Below, piece after piece: positions 13,543-28,182 of a DNA stretch of 64,000 nucleotides (position 1 is its first letter; each line of letters opens with the position of its first letter). A program made the position numbers and the translations under genes. The DNA is from Paraglomus brasilianum (Eukaryota). Under the pieces are notes generated by a model. That model was not told where the DNA came from and ran no database searches. It saw only the letters and a program-made list of their open reading frames with translations. The DNA is taken from assembly GCA_910592345.1 (NCBI GenBank), contig CAJVPI010000043.1, positions 1 to 64,000 of the forward strand, in the 5' to 3' direction.

Positions 13543-13952
13543 GTTTACAAAGTCTTTATTCTTTGAATGATCAAATTTAAACCACGGACTTAACTATTGG
13601 ATAGTAATATTTGTCGTAATTCTAAAATTTCGAGTAAAAGCAGTCAGCCAACAACTTGCTGCGCTCTTTTTATTAATTGAGTATAGCGACAAGTTACAAA
13701 AGGGGTTGAAGGAAGTATTAAGCGAATTTACGAGCTGACTGAGGAAGGCTTTTGCAATGTAGTGATCTTAAATAAGCTTGAGTCTGGTGTAATGGTGTTG
13801 CAGCTGGTTAGAATGTACTGATTACGTAGTTGCATCACCCAAGAAAGACATGCTGGGCATGCTTGTCTCGTGATCATGGCAAAAGTATCACGTGGAAACC
13901 GTGATATACACTGACGCGAACACTCCCAGGCAAAAAAGTAGATTAGACAGAA
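13543..13952. promoter_or_regulatory. Probable bidirectional promoter between VPS27 and the SPC19-like gene
   Basis: Head-to-head start codons only ~410 bp apart. Confidence 0.5.
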
Positions 13953-16084
13953 ATGTCGCTAACAAGGCCTGCAAACTACGCGTATTATAATCCTCAGCTA
14001 CCACCTGCATATATTCAGAGTTTAGAGAAGTGCGTAGAGAAGTTGCAGAATAGCAGTTTATTGGTATTAAGCCTGTTGTTTGTTTAAATGAAACGTGTCG
14101 AAAATAAAGATGTTAATGATTATTAGTATTAATGGAATTTATCCGCTATCTACGCTTACGCCTCTCTGCGCATATCCATACTTATATCCGGCTGATTATA
14201 ATCTATATTCTCAACATCTTTCACAAACGCTCAGCTTCAAACCTCAGTTAAAAAATTGGAATACGATGCACGCGAATTCTCTCGATTGAACCAAGTGTTT
14301 CGATGCGAAAGGGTTGGTTTAAAAGGCAATTCCAATCTCATTCTCTATCATCTCAATTCATTAATATTGCTTTCCTGTTCATTGAATGTAAGCTCTCCAT
14401 ACCCCATTCCAACCCGTGACGTTCTTTTATCTACTTTGTTAAACAGTATTATGAGTTAGTGACAGATAAGGATATAGGCGAGGCTCAGAAAGCATTGGCT
14501 GCAGAAATAGCCCCCGAGGTGTCCCGTTTAATAGCTCAAGTTGAAGAGGAGCTGACAGTTTTGGAAATCAAAGAGAAAAAGCTTCAACTTGAGGTAATCT
14601 CTTATTTATTGTGAATTATACTACGTAATTGTAACTATATGATACACAAATCAATCGCCTACTGTGGTTTTTTTTTCCACACCTCATTCTCTGCGAATTC
14701 CCTTCATCACAATACTAGGTTGATGAACGTGAAGCTGAGCTCGAATCATCCAAACTACCTCCATCATCCTCTTTATCTGCTTCCAAAAGCCAACCTAATG
14801 TGCATCCCAACTCTCAACCAGCACAGTTGAAGAAGAAACTTAAAACTTTGAAGATGAAGAAAGAGAGATTGGCCCAATTTGTAGACAACTTGGTTGAGGA
14901 CATTGCGAGAAAGGTTGGTGAATTACTGTGTAAGTGAAATGTGAGTGACGAGTATAAACAACTGAATTGTTCTTGCGTTGGCATATTATAGGAGGCTGAA
15001 TTGCACCAACGGACGAGATCGACTATAGAAGTTCCAGCCATGGTTAAATATCATATTGATAGTCTTTGCAGTGAAAATGTTTATACGCACGATATGATAC
15101 ATCTAATACTATTATTACCAGTCGCTAACCCAGCAGCAGATAGAATCTGTTGAGAAACAAATAGACCAGCTTCAATCTCATACCGATGAACGTCGTCAAG
15201 TATTGCAAGAGAAACAGTTATCGTTTGACAAGCTGCAAGAACCAGCAGAACCTACAACTAATGACGATGGTACTCTTTATGGTAACAGCGATAGAACGCT
15301 GTTATGTGTAATATCGTAATTATTAATATTATATTATTATCGCAGCTCTACTCACTGTTATCTTTCACGCCTTAGCTGACAAGAGATGGAAAGAGTACGA
15401 AAAACAATTGGAGTTCTTTAAAAATAACCGTGAAGGAGGGAAACGCGTTCTTTCTGCGCAATGTAAGATTTGAAAGAATTATTTTAATATGATCCATACG
15501 AACCGTAACTTTAACTGACTGTCTGTCTATCTATATACCTATTTTTTACATTAACCCCGTTAATATAACAAAGCTGACTTGATTAAAGATTTTGAATCTG
15601 CCTGCAATATTTATCTAAAGGCAGTAAAGAAAGACCAAACAGAGGTAAATATGTACATTTGGCTGTTTATGGTTTTTCGCATCAGCCGGACTCGTGATCC
15701 TATTCCTCATACATCGACTTCATTTTTTTTACGCAGACAGCATCTCTAGTCCAAAATCTAAACCGAACTCGCGCTCGCAGTCTCCAAAATACCCAACTTC
15801 TCACCAAAGCTCTCTTTCCTATTGATAATCTTGGTTCAACCATTTACCGAATGATCCAACTACTTCTTGACTCTGATAAAAAGGAAATCTCAGTGAAATC
15901 ACTTATTACAGAATTCCCCCCAGGGCAAGAAAGGAAGCATAGGTTACATTGTGCCATCAGCACGTTGAATGAGTTTTCGATTTGTGAGACATTGGCTGTG
16001 TGTAAGGGCGATGGTGAGAACGTGAATGGTGACGAAAAGGAAGAGATCATTTTGAAGATCACATTCAGGGACATGGAAGGGTAA
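13953..16084 (+). CDS. SPC19: DASH/Dam1 complex subunit Spc19 homologue with a long C-terminal extension (9 exons, ~425 aa)
   Basis: Exons 13953-14063, 14235-14312, 14447-14593 and 14719-14913 give SLEKCVEKLQNSSLLLQTSVKKL..EFSRLNQVFRCERYYELVTDKDIGEAQKALAAEIAPEVSRLI..LKTLKMKKERL, matching the Spc19 pattern. Five more GT-AG exons stay in frame to the TAA at 16084. Confidence 0.8.
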
Positions 16085-17578
16085 TTTGTGAGAATAAAGT
16101 TACAACTGACTTATGCTGGCCGGCTGAGATATCGCTATAATATTGTTTTCGAGTTGTGCGAAATTGTGAGTTTCGACTGAATAGTTTGTTATTTGTGGTG
16201 ATTGAAAATTCTCTAACCATATTGTCACTGTAATTATCTAGCACTTTCCAATATACATATGCCAAGTTTGAGTGCAATCTTTCCTTGTCGTTAGAAAATC
16301 TATTTCAAACTATCGCTTGACTACTCATGCTGAACTATTCAATTACGGATCCAAACATAAGAAAGCTGCACAGGAAGACGCTAAGATTTGGTGATCGCTT
16401 CAAGTGATTATCCATTCTTCCTCCATTTCAATGACAATTCAATTATCATAAACATACAGTGTATAGTAGAACAACATAAAATGTACTGTTAGTACACGTA
16501 CGAGAAGATTCGCTGAAACTAGTTGACCAGCGACGTACCATGTATCGAAAAATCGTGATAACAGTCACAGTTTGTTTGATTTTGTACCGTTTCTTGAGGG
16601 ACTTTCATCATATACATAATCATTGCAATTCTAGAACGTATGCTTTGGATGTTATTGCAAATGATTTTCTCCCATTGTCATTTAGTTTTTCAGCGGCTGG
16701 CAAAGTTGGGTTTGCAATACATTAGTTCATTCACAAAGTCAGTAATGACGTCTTGCCCGTTTAAAAAGATTCCACCTCAAGCCCTCATTGTTGGATGCGT
16801 CTTTGTGCCACTCACACGAAAGTCGATAAAGATTTGTTTCAAGTTAGTGACATAACTTAAAACGCGTATGTAATATAATCTTTGTGCCATAATAACCATT
16901 CTTCTATCGACTAATTTTTACGAAAACATCAGTAACTGTCGGCTCGCTTTGTTTGTTGGACAGACATTTTCGCATTGAATAATATGCGGGAATGTGCTAA
17001 AGCAACTACATGTGAAAACACCAAACATTTTCTACTGATGTTGCTATAAAAAATTCCTACCAATCAACATACATTTGTTCTTATATGGCGGTACAGTAAA
17101 TCTTATTTTACACGTTCTAGAATTACATTTTTGTTCCTTTATAGTTATGCGTCCCATAACATAAGAGGTAATTCGGTTCGTTACAAACATCTATGCATGC
17201 GAATGTTGTTCAAGTCACACGAAAATGCTCGGCATAACGTGCATTATGATGGGGTAGGTGCCCACACAGAACGTTCATATCACACGTAAAAAATTATTCC
17301 TATATTGCTGGAAGGAACTCTTGTTTGATCTTCACTACTGGAATCAAAGAAAAGAAAGTTTTTCTAGCTCCACTTAGATAAAATTAATTTTAAAACTACA
17401 GCGCTGTGCATGTATGCGCGGGAAAATAAAGCTAACAAAGTGGATATCATATTGCATAGGTGCTATTGTTATTGCTATCATCGCGTTTAGTTTAAATTTT
17501 TACTGCGTGTATTAGTATCTGAAATGGTACATTTAATTCGAAACGCTCATGACAATACAAAAACAGTCGTCCCTCATT

Positions 17579-17780
17579 TGTAACCCCCTTATTGTAACCC
17601 ACCCTCGGATATATCCCGGCTTTAGGATTCCCTCTATTATATCTCAGTATAAATTTCCCTCAGTTGTACCCAATCGATATAACCCTATCCCCAAAATTCA
17701 CAGAGCCCGGTTTCCCATATTAATATCCCACAACGATAATGATCATACTTTACCTTACCATATATGTTAATGGTGTTACA
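17579..17780. mobile_element. Possible solo LTR or small TIR element (TG...CA)
   Basis: TGTAACCC ... GGTGTTACA ends around a C-rich 202-bp core. No target-site duplication found. Confidence 0.3.
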
Positions 17781-18858
17781 TAAACATTATGCTATTTCTA
17801 TCTATTATTAAGCTATCCCTTGTTGGTTAGTACACTAATGCCAAGCATTACATATGGTCTGACCGAACGTGTGCATGTTATATGACCTGATCTTTTAATT
17901 GCAATTCTCATTTGCTTCAGTCTATTGCAAGTAGTAACTAAACAATCACAGTCAATTGAGACAGCCAACCCATTTTAGAACAAAGAGAATTTACGATAGG
18001 AGATATAATTCGTCGTTTAGATGAGTTGGTAGAAAAGTTAAAGCGCCAAACTTCATTAACAGAGTATAAAATTTCTTGTACTGCTAAACTAAAAATGCAT
18101 ATATCCCCAAAAAGTCTCTGTCCCGAAGTTGGGGTATAAACGATGGACAGTATGGCGTAATGTATGTGTCACACTACAACTCATATTCTACTATATATAG
18201 GACGGCGTGTATTCTTTACCATTGGTTTTATTGCAAATTCACACTCCTTTATGCATAAATAACAACATTTATACTTATACGGTAGTGTGCGACAACGTTT
18301 AATAAAATCAAACATTAACCAATTGGTCCATCAATACGCGTCATTTTTCATCATCGAGCACAATTATTTATCAAGGGTTGCTATCAGTTGTACCAATTTC
18401 TGATTCAAATGCATGGAAAGAACCGGCCAAGTTGCGTCTGGGTGCATAGAGTATATGAGTATATGAGCATTCACGTTCCGCATCTGAACGACTCGGCAGT
18501 GAAGAGATCCCGGCCGGATCTGAGAGTGGGTCATATACATAAGGGATGCCCGGAACATCTTCTTTTTTTATTACACCGCCCTTTGGCTACGGAAAAGACG
18601 GTTTGGTAAGTATAAGGTTAAATGCGCATTGCTTTACGATTAAACAAACGCTATTTCTTTCTGTTTTTCTTCCTTGGTGGACGTGGAAGGGTTTGAGGGA
18701 CTGATTCGGTGTCTACTTAGCTACCTGTTAATTTGAATTGTTGTGACGACAACTTAATGTAATTTTTATAACAACAGGTAATTATAATAATTGAAAAAGT
18801 AGGGGAAAAAACTTGAAATATTGTAAAATGATGAAAAAAATTTAATCGAAACTATTTA

Positions 18859-19118
18859 CCGTATTCCTCCGACATGTGTACCCGGGGCATTCCTCTAGTT
18901 CATTTAGTACCTATAATGGGTATATATCTTGAGATTTATTTATTTTCAAAATTTGAATTTTAATTGGCTGTTTATTGGCACGTTATTAGTAGGGTACAAC
19001 TCACGGGGGGTATATATGCTGGAGGAATACCGTAACTAATGCCCGGTATAAATCAAAATTTGGCATTCGAAATTGCAGGGTATAGCTCACAGGGGGTATA
19101 CATGTCGGAGGAATACGG
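18859..19118. mobile_element. Tc1/mariner-superfamily MITE with CCGTA termini (260 bp)
   Basis: TA|CCGTATTCCTCCGACATG ... CATGTCGGAGGAATACGG|TA, a perfect 18-bp TIR. An internal degenerate copy of the right end lies at ~18991-19033. Confidence 0.9.
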
Positions 19119-22092
19119 TAATTGGTTTTATCTAACTACAGATGTAATCGTATAATGTTATAACAATATGTACATAATAAACGATGTATTTCTTATATGA
19201 CAATAGTCAAACATTGACTACAGCAATAACATTAACAGAGGCTTACCTTATAATTAGTACCATAACTAATTTGTAATTTGGAATTCAGTCAAACTTCGGA
19301 AAACCGGACCAATATCGTAAAATCAAAAAAAAAATTCCCAATTCTCTTACTACCTAATTAATGCTAATACGTTAGATTTTGAAACTTCGATAATTAACTT
19401 CTTTGGCTACTCTTAATACATCAATAGCTATAATAAAGTTACCTGAGAATTCCATCTGCCAAGCGAAAATGTGGGCCGATTGCTATAATTAACGATTCTA
19501 TTATCTCATGATCTCTGTTGGCTTTTTACGTAATATCTTCTGATCATCGCAACTGTCTCGTCAAGACTATCTATTTTATAGCATTTATTTGGTCGGGTTA
19601 TTTAAATAACATACTGAGTCATCGACACGAGATAAATGTTGATTGCGCGGGTGTGGTCGTGGGTACTACACCAACACTCCCAGATTCGGTAGGAAAGCTT
19701 CGCGGTGTCGGACTGTTCTGTAATAGGGCACTTATACTGTTATTCTCTATGGAAATTAGCACGGGTATTCTTCACTCCAACTTTTTCTGGAGGAAGCGAT
19801 TGCTACAATTCTCAATTTGCGGTTAAGTTTGCCGTCTCTTGCTTTGAAACTTTTGTGGAACAAATTTGGATGAGTAAGCACAGATAATTCCCAGGACACA
19901 AAACGATGTCTCGAAAAATCGATAGAGAACATTCCATCAACTGCACCAAGATCGATCTACAGAATAAACATTATTTGTTACTCAAGCGCATCATTCCATT
20001 AGATTTCTACAATTGTACAATTTCATCATTAAGTGATCGCCGTGTTGTAACGCCAAATGATACAATAATATGATATAATCATTAATAAAATAATATTTAC
20101 TGTTTACAATATATAAAAAAAAGTTTTTAATTCAATTATGCAGTTGATCGACGAACATTTATTAGAAAAGACAGAATAGGGAAAGTAAGAAAAAATCAGC
20201 CCAAAAAGACCGCCCTGTAGTAGTCAGTAAATGGAAAACGATCGAGTCAATCCGACCCTTCACTGCCTCCCGTCTGCGATGAGAATGTATAATCACGTTA
20301 CACTATTTATCGTAAAGCATCTTATTCTGAGCGGTTTGCTGCATATATTGACCAACTTCTCAAGAGTTTGAAATACAGAAATAGTGGGAAGAGGTAAAGT
20401 GTTTTTTGAGATCAGTACGGTCTAACAGGCCGAGCTCCGATTTCGGACGTGTCCGAAAATCGCGTAACCTGGCGGTTACACGTATCTTGATAAATTATTG
20501 GTTGGAATTTGGTAGCACAGAAAATTGATCTGCCGATCGTACGTGTAAAGTATAGCTGACTCGTTACAGATCTCGATTCTGGTGTCATGCTTTGGCGTAA
20601 ATTGGCAATAGAGGTAATACAAGATGACCAAAGGTGCGTATAAACGAAGTGATGGAATTCGTACGTAACTAACATAATATACCGCCCAGGGCAATCAATA
20701 ACTTAAACTGTTATAAATAGCCGAAAGTTTTCGTCGCCCACTTTTCATCCCTCCGCCGAGTCCTCGCAGTAAATAGGCTAACATAAACAACCTGACTATT
20801 ATAATAAAAGTCATAACAATAAGATTATGCGTATACCTGACATCTGTTGCAAGAAAAAAAAACCGGTTAATAGAATAACAAAACTCTTTATACTCTTTCT
20901 TAGTTTAGTCTTGAGGTATTAACCGCCGAGCGTAACCTCGTTGAATACAACCATAGGACTATATCTTTGTCACAGGCTAACGATATCCCTAAATAATATC
21001 AGAGTCTTCCGGTTCAGTAAATTATCCAGCAATAATAATTATAAACACTCACCAATAAATTGATGAACAAAGTTAACGGTCGAATATCTTCCAAGAGAAA
21101 TTTCCAATCATCCAACGTGAGATGCGGAGGTTGAGTCACTCCTTCGGTGTGACAAGTGGAATAACAACATACTATCAAATGGCATGTAACTATGGAAATC
21201 TGTATGTGTGTATATTGCGTGTTGCAAGCATCTTGGTTAGTGTTAGACTGTACTTTGGTGGCTATATGACTGAAAAATAAAGCTTGAAAACAGGTAAATT
21301 CCAAGGCCAGTATTATAATAATAGCTTTCCCTTACATACGGGAATCTGAAGTGAGTATATATTCTATTCTTGAATATAATTATTTGCGTCGGTTATGAAT
21401 TTGCCCCATTTCTCAACTATGTATATATATATATATATGCGGACTAATGTAAATCGCCTTGGAACAATTGTTTAACATTGGATTCCAAACATGTCAGGGT
21501 CTTTTTGTGTACATCAGCCAATAAGAAAGAATAAATACTAAGTGCTGACCATCTATTATACTCAGTCTCAGGTGCTTCTTAGTTGGTTATGTTTTTTTAG
21601 CTATATTATAATAGCTTTACCGGACAATCCTCGGTAATAATTATTATTGTTATATTATCGCTTTTCAAATTTGCACAAAACTCTGCTATTAACTTTTTTT
21701 CGAAGGTAACAATAACATGTGAAGACAAACAAAAACCCTGTAGCTTCTGCAAGTCAGCGGTTGTTAATATTGATTTGTTTAACTGATTAATAATGGGATC
21801 GAGAATATAAACTGTTAGTGGATGATTATGAAACAACGACAATGTACAAGGTACTGGTCATTGTGTGTAACATGCTTACCATTGTAATTTTATTGGCTGC
21901 TAATTACCTTTGTTCTATTTTCGTTGTCTCGAAAAAGATTTGATCTTTATTAGGCGCGCTTGTAGTTGACCACTATTTATAGCGCTGTACCATTCAATAA
22001 TAGTGAAACGGTTACAATTTTCTTAATCAACACATGTTTGTGTCAAGCATGAAGTAAGTATTCAAAAAACACATTCTGATAAACAAACGAAA

Positions 22093-22152
22093 ATTCTAGC
22101 TCAAAAGTGTCCTCATAAAGAATGTGAATTTTCAACTAGAAATATTTACGCA
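22093..22152 (+). repeat. Dispersed ~60-bp repeat, copy 1
   Basis: ATTCTAGCTCAAAAGTGTCCTCATAAAGAATGTGAATTTTCAACTAGA is nearly identical to 36101-36150. Confidence 0.75.
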
Positions 22153-22842
22153 TCATTTATATCATGTGTTTGTTGGAGCTATCTCGTAGGTAGTAGAAAG
22201 AGGGCACATGAGCTTAGGCTCTAATGAAGAAATTTCTTCCGATTATCTCTTAGATTGAGGGAAAGAAACGAGGAATGGTTAACGATCACAAAGAAACAAC
22301 TGCTAGGCATTACTCCTGCCATGAAAAAGCCGAAACAAGCAAGAAATAAACTTCTCTCAAATTTCGTTCGAACATTTAACAGTAAAGTTTTCTATTTGTT
22401 ATTCAAGTAGTTGATATGCTATCTGTGTACCATGACCATGAACTCACCAGACAAAATTATCTATCAAACTTTATTTCTTAGTAAGAGCAGTAAAACGAGA
22501 AAGTTTCTTACAAACATACATTTAGTTGCTACATGTCTGTTGTAGATAAAACTTAGTATGTATGAAAATGAGCCAACTCTCAACCTTATATTATATATAT
22601 CCTAAGACTGTTATTAGCGGCCGTTTAAAATCTTTCTTTACAGAACTTGACTTATTATATAGAGAAACATACATACGTACATACATACATATATGTTCAC
22701 TTGTTGTTTCCTTGCATAATATCCCATTGATTGGATCGTATAGTTATTGGTGATGCCTATATTATTTGTACGCTGTAGTTTGTGGATCAGAAAGATAGAT
22801 TAAATCAGTATGCTATGTATGCCTCATGAAAGCAAGCGGTTA

Positions 22843-23735
22843 TCAACAAAAGGAAGTTTTCAAAAACGCACAGTAGTTATTTTCTCTTAGGTATTCTAAC
22901 AATGGATCTTTGAAATCTTGATCCATAATAATGCCAGGATCTGTCATGTATATACATGCACCTTCAGTACAAATTAGATCTATGTAATAACAATTCTTAG
23001 TTAATAAACGTAATTCTAGTTCGTCAGCATCAAGATTAACGACCCGAGTCATACCCATATATTGCGGATAAAATTCCCATGGCGTGAGAATGACATAGTT
23101 TAATGGAGTGTCCGAGGAGGACTGATGGTTAACAACGTCTTGTGGTTGATAAAAGTATGGATCTGTTGGTAACATGTATAATTGGTCATTAACAAAGTTT
23201 GTCATTCGGAAATTTTTAATAACGCTTTACATGACGTCTTACTTGTATCGTGCTCTGGGACTGTTGGTGCATCATCCAGTGGGTAGTATTCATCTTCGGA
23301 AAAATCTTCTGGAAAATCTTCAGAACGCGCAACAGTATCTTCATTGATGCATGGTTGATTTTGATTATGCAAAATCCGTTTGCACCATTGGTCAAATACA
23401 AAATTCTTGGATTTCAAAAGAGCCTTTGTGTTTCTGTTGAGCGTTTGATATAAGGCTTTCAAATCATCATTCACTAGACGCCACGACTTTAATGCAAATT
23501 TTTGCACTTCATATGGCTTGTAAGGTTCGTCCTTCAAGCCTGTAACAAGCGTCCTGTGGAAGATTCGAAAAGCTGTGTAAGCGGTTCCTTTACATTCTTC
23601 GATAATCTGCTCCGGCGTGGGTATCTTAATCCTTTTTGGTTGTCCATTTGGTAGTTTAAGATGAATGGCTTTTCCATCTCTCGAGAGAGTGACCGGATTA
23701 GGCTGTTGGGAATAACGAGGAAATCTAATTTTCAT
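22843..23735 (-). CDS. Divergent HMG-box (MATA-HMG-like) protein, ~270 aa, one intron (23163-23242)
   Basis: PTPEQII..YTAFRIFHR..VQKFALKSWRLVNDDLKALYQTL fits HMG-box helix spacing. A GTAAGA...CAG intron joins the two ORF-track ORFs in frame (..EHDT-N-PYFYQP..). Confidence 0.7.
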
Positions 23736-26700
23736 TTCGTATAATTAAATGAGCGTGCGTTCGTGCGTGGGGTATTTACGTTAATGGCTTAAATCAAATT
23801 GTGCGTTGAATGGAGATGATTCTGCGTATATATGTGTTTGCGTGTGTATTGTATGCGTATTTGTTCGCCAAGATAAAAAAAGAATAATCTATTCATAGAT
23901 TAGTGAGATGTAGCATAAACAAAATAAATATACGACATTTGTTAATTGCGTAATGTATTTAATTAATAAAGTATATAATAATAATATCAGGTAACTAAAT
24001 GTGTTTCAATATCGACCAGAAAACCGGTTGTACTGTTGCAGGCATATCCTTTAATGGGATATAGAATAATAAAGAGCGTAGTACTCATTTTTATTTTGCT
24101 TTCTTGTGCATAAACAATTTCGTATACTCCTTTTTGACGGTAAGTAATCTTGACTGATAGTGCTTCTTCATTTTGTTTTAAATAAAATTTGAACGGCATA
24201 CTAATAGCTCACATTCGTAACGTTATCGTATGATACCAGCGGCAAAGTTTAATGATTTGCAATTGATTTTTCTTGGCGCGGCATAACCGTGGTTTCCCGT
24301 ATTTTGGATCTTTATTATCTTGCATCTCTTAACCAGGGGAGACTTTCAAAGACTGGAAAGGAAAGATTTTCGAGGATGCAGATCTTTTCCTTGCAAAAAA
24401 TTTATTAAATTTTTGGAGCCATTCATCGTTGTGTCACTAGCGTAAGCCATATCAAGTAGGTCTCGGACTGACAACAATAACCGCTAACAATACAAGTCTG
24501 ATTGATAGAAACATACGCACCAAATTATTGTCATGTTGCATGACTAAATGTGTGGCAAATTCTTGACATTGTCTCATATATATACTATCAGAAAATGGAC
24601 CCGCTATCCAAAATATTTAATTTTTATTTTAAATAGAATTACATAAATTATCTTATTCTGGTAATTCGTTTAATTAATCGTGCAGCGTAATCTAAAATAA
24701 ACCGTTCCAATATTGCGCACAGTTTATTGGTCATATTAATATTTAATTCGCGTTTTATGGCATGCAATGGTAAATAGGGACCCCGACGATTATTAATGAG
24801 CACGGGGGACAACAAAATAATCCCAAACTCTTGTGATAATTCCCAAGTATTCACAGCCCAGTCAATCTATCCGAGTATACAATCACTCGGAATTATGTGT
24901 AACTCAATACTCTGTTATAAATTCGGGTATAACTCTATACTGATAATGCATGTTTTCGAGTTGTAGACCGACCAACAATGCCATTCTGATAACATTGTTT
25001 TTGCTGACCTAACAGCTTCAATGGGATACTACATTGGACCGTCATTCCCTCATTAACGGTTACATCATATCAAACTTACTTTCCGGTCATACAATTTTCC
25101 TATTAAACACGTACAAAGACCATATAGTCTACTAGTCAGGGCTAAACGAGAGAACAGGCTTTTCCCATTGTTTTTTCCTGTTCCAACTCAGTTGCACAAA
25201 TATCTACTTGCATATACAGGTTATAAGCTCTAGAACAAGAAATGTGGTTTTATCTGAGCGCAGTGTGTTACCCACTAGAATTTGAGCCCCCTCCTTATTC
25301 TCCGGTCAGCCCTCATTAATTCGTTAATACATTCTGGTTACACCTTTTGGTATGTTCTTCGACACTAAATGTGCTGCATTCATCATTCCTTGGAATTTAT
25401 ACGTTTCGTGTAACTTTTGGCATGTAAGTCAATATTTTCACGCGATAAGCAAGGTAAGAAAGCTAGCGGTTTAACAAGCGATGAATACACACTCTGACGA
25501 GTCTTCCTTATTATTATTTTTACCGGTTCGGGGGTTTCCGGATTTTGTTTCGTTAAGATAAGAACATTGGTTGTACAATTCTTATCTCTGCAGGTCCATG
25601 CTTTCTTTGTCAAAGTGTAGGTATTATTAATGACATGTTGTTTATCATTGTTTTCATTAGACCTTAGAATTTTTTTCATACAGTTTTTCCATACAGTTTT
25701 TTCCATGCGGTTTTTCCATACGATTGTTTAGATAATGACTTAATAATCAGTCTGGGCTTCAGTTTTCATTATGTAATCATCATATACGCTCTCATTACTG
25801 TAAATACGTTTTGTTTGTATCACAACGCTACGTTCTGTTCACATTGACCATGTGATCGACACCTACTGAGATAGCTTCCCCCACCAGCGCTTGAACGAGT
25901 TATCGCAAGAAGAAGGGATCCGAGAGTAATCAACCACTCACGAACAAGGTGGTCTCAAAACATAGTTTCTAGAAAGATAGAGCATATCTTTGAGCACTGG
26001 TGACGTTCGTAATTTGGTCTCGATAAGCAGTATTACAATATTGTGGCTTTGCAGGTATTTCACAGTGGCGGGGTCAACAAGTCGGTCAGTTTTGGTGTTC
26101 ATTGAAAAAGCTGCAGGTATCTTTTATATGTTAATGCGTGTATTTAAAAAAATGCCCTCCACCACTCGCGTTAACTGCGCTCGACACTCGGAGCATGTTC
26201 GAAATACTATTTGCTGAGATATCCACCCCATATATTAATTGTTTATTATCAAACTGATAATGGTGTTAGAATCATTAACCAGATGCCAAGCACTCTCGCA
26301 GAATTTGTCCCCCATGCATAATGTCTTTGGGAAAAAACCCCCCCTACGTTCTGAGAACTCTTAGTTATTGTTGACGCTTTTTGGCAAAGTTGTGCATGTG
26401 CACATTCCTACGGCCAAGTCAAACTTTGTGTGAGATGAGAAGTTTCGATCACACATCAAAATTTTATTATCCGCCCTTGGAGTAACATTAGGTTAGAGTG
26501 TCCAAAGGCGTTGGGTACCAAGATAGCATGTCAATCGATGAAAGTGTACAAGTTTGTTGCGGATCGACAGTAATAATCGCCGTTCATCATCGAGGGAGAT
26601 TTACCAATCAAAGAGCGATAACTAGCATAATGTTTACATATTTCTTGCATAGACGTATACTTTTGATCGAACTAACTAGCTAGTCCTTGTCATAACATGA

Positions 26701-28182
26701 GTTTCGATCGATATACAGTTAATTTCTAGCCGAAATTGGTCAAAATTAAGAATTATCACAAACAAACTAGTATGCAGGATTATGAGCATTGGGGTACAAA
26801 CTGCCGAATTTGCGTAAAATTGATATGTGTAAGATGTTGCCTATCCCGATTTGGGAGATAATAGTAAACAATACTAACACGTCATTCTGGCGTAAATAAT
26901 ATAGAATAAAGATGTATAAAAATCTAAATGTTGGTGTTACCGATACGGGGTCGCTCAAGGGGTGAGCATATTTTTGCTGTCAGTTACTGAAAGAGGAAAG
27001 AAAGAAATAAATACATTTCACAGCAAGCGAACGTTGAGGCGTAGGGCAATAGAGGCTTCGTCCATGTTATCATGTAAATAAACGTTATCTTTGGTCAATT
27101 TTGCTAGTCTTTCGCTCGCTCTAACCCAAAAGCCACGATTTAATATTCTCATCGGATGACCGAGATATACATGGCTTTGCAACATTAATGTCTGAGGCTT
27201 TCAACGAACGATTTTAGTACTCAAAAATACAGAGTAAGCAGCTGTCGTTTTTCTGCTTTGATTATTATGCTAATACAAGCACTATTAGATTTGACAGCGA
27301 GGTCACCTTTACGATAAAAGAAAGGCTAATCATTATCATGACGAACTCGCTTTGTGCAGATTTTGACTGGGGAACGCTCATGATTATAACAAAACTCGGA
27401 AATCCAACACCTGACGAAACCCACAGACTTTGGCACTGCTTTAATGTAGATAATAATATGTGACATTCGTTATTGTTAATTATGTTAACGAAAAAACTCG
27501 ATTTATTTGTACAAACATCTACGTGTATTGATGAACGGAAAGCCAGGTATGCCTAGCTTTCCCATTAACGGACCACCATTAACCAGGTAATTTATGGGTT
27601 CGGCTTATTTGAGGGGAAATAGGTTCTAATTATTCTAATACTAATCGATCCTGAAGAAAAAAAAACACTTTTCATTCAGAATGCTCATGAATCTATACAT
27701 CCTTTCGCATATAGTCAATTAGTTTTAACGATCAGTCGATTCTCTAATTATTTAGGAGAGGTTTTCAACCTGATAATATGATTATCTTTATAATGTTACC
27801 CGAACGCTAATCTAGCGTTTCTCCCATCAACGAACCATTTATAGCGTTCTAATTCCAGGAATTTAGAACAATTCCAGGCAAGCAAGTTCTTTGATATAAT
27901 TATGTGCAACGTATTCCATTCATCCTCGTATATCATACTTGGTTTTTTTGCAAATAACAAAAAGGCATAGCATGGCTATGTTTCGGGAGCAAGTTTCTAC
28001 TGATAAATTAACTTGTTCGTTAACAGTTTTAATATACTATCGATACCAAGACGAATTTATCTTATTACACATGTCTGTCACCATTATTTTCAACTACCAA
28101 GCAGATATAATGGAAAACTTGTTTCATTGCGCCCATCATGCCCCGATCGACCTTTTCTTTCTTTGTCTAAGCAACAATGACA

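Noticed and set aside
19645..19730. GC-rich hairpin (GGTGTGGT...ACTACACC) as a possible tRNA/ncRNA
   Set aside because: No cloverleaf or T-loop consensus could be built.
23202..23205. ATGA stop/start overlap between two ORFs, suggesting an operon-like pair
   Set aside because: It lies inside a canonical 80-nt intron (23163-23242) that joins the two ORFs into one gene.
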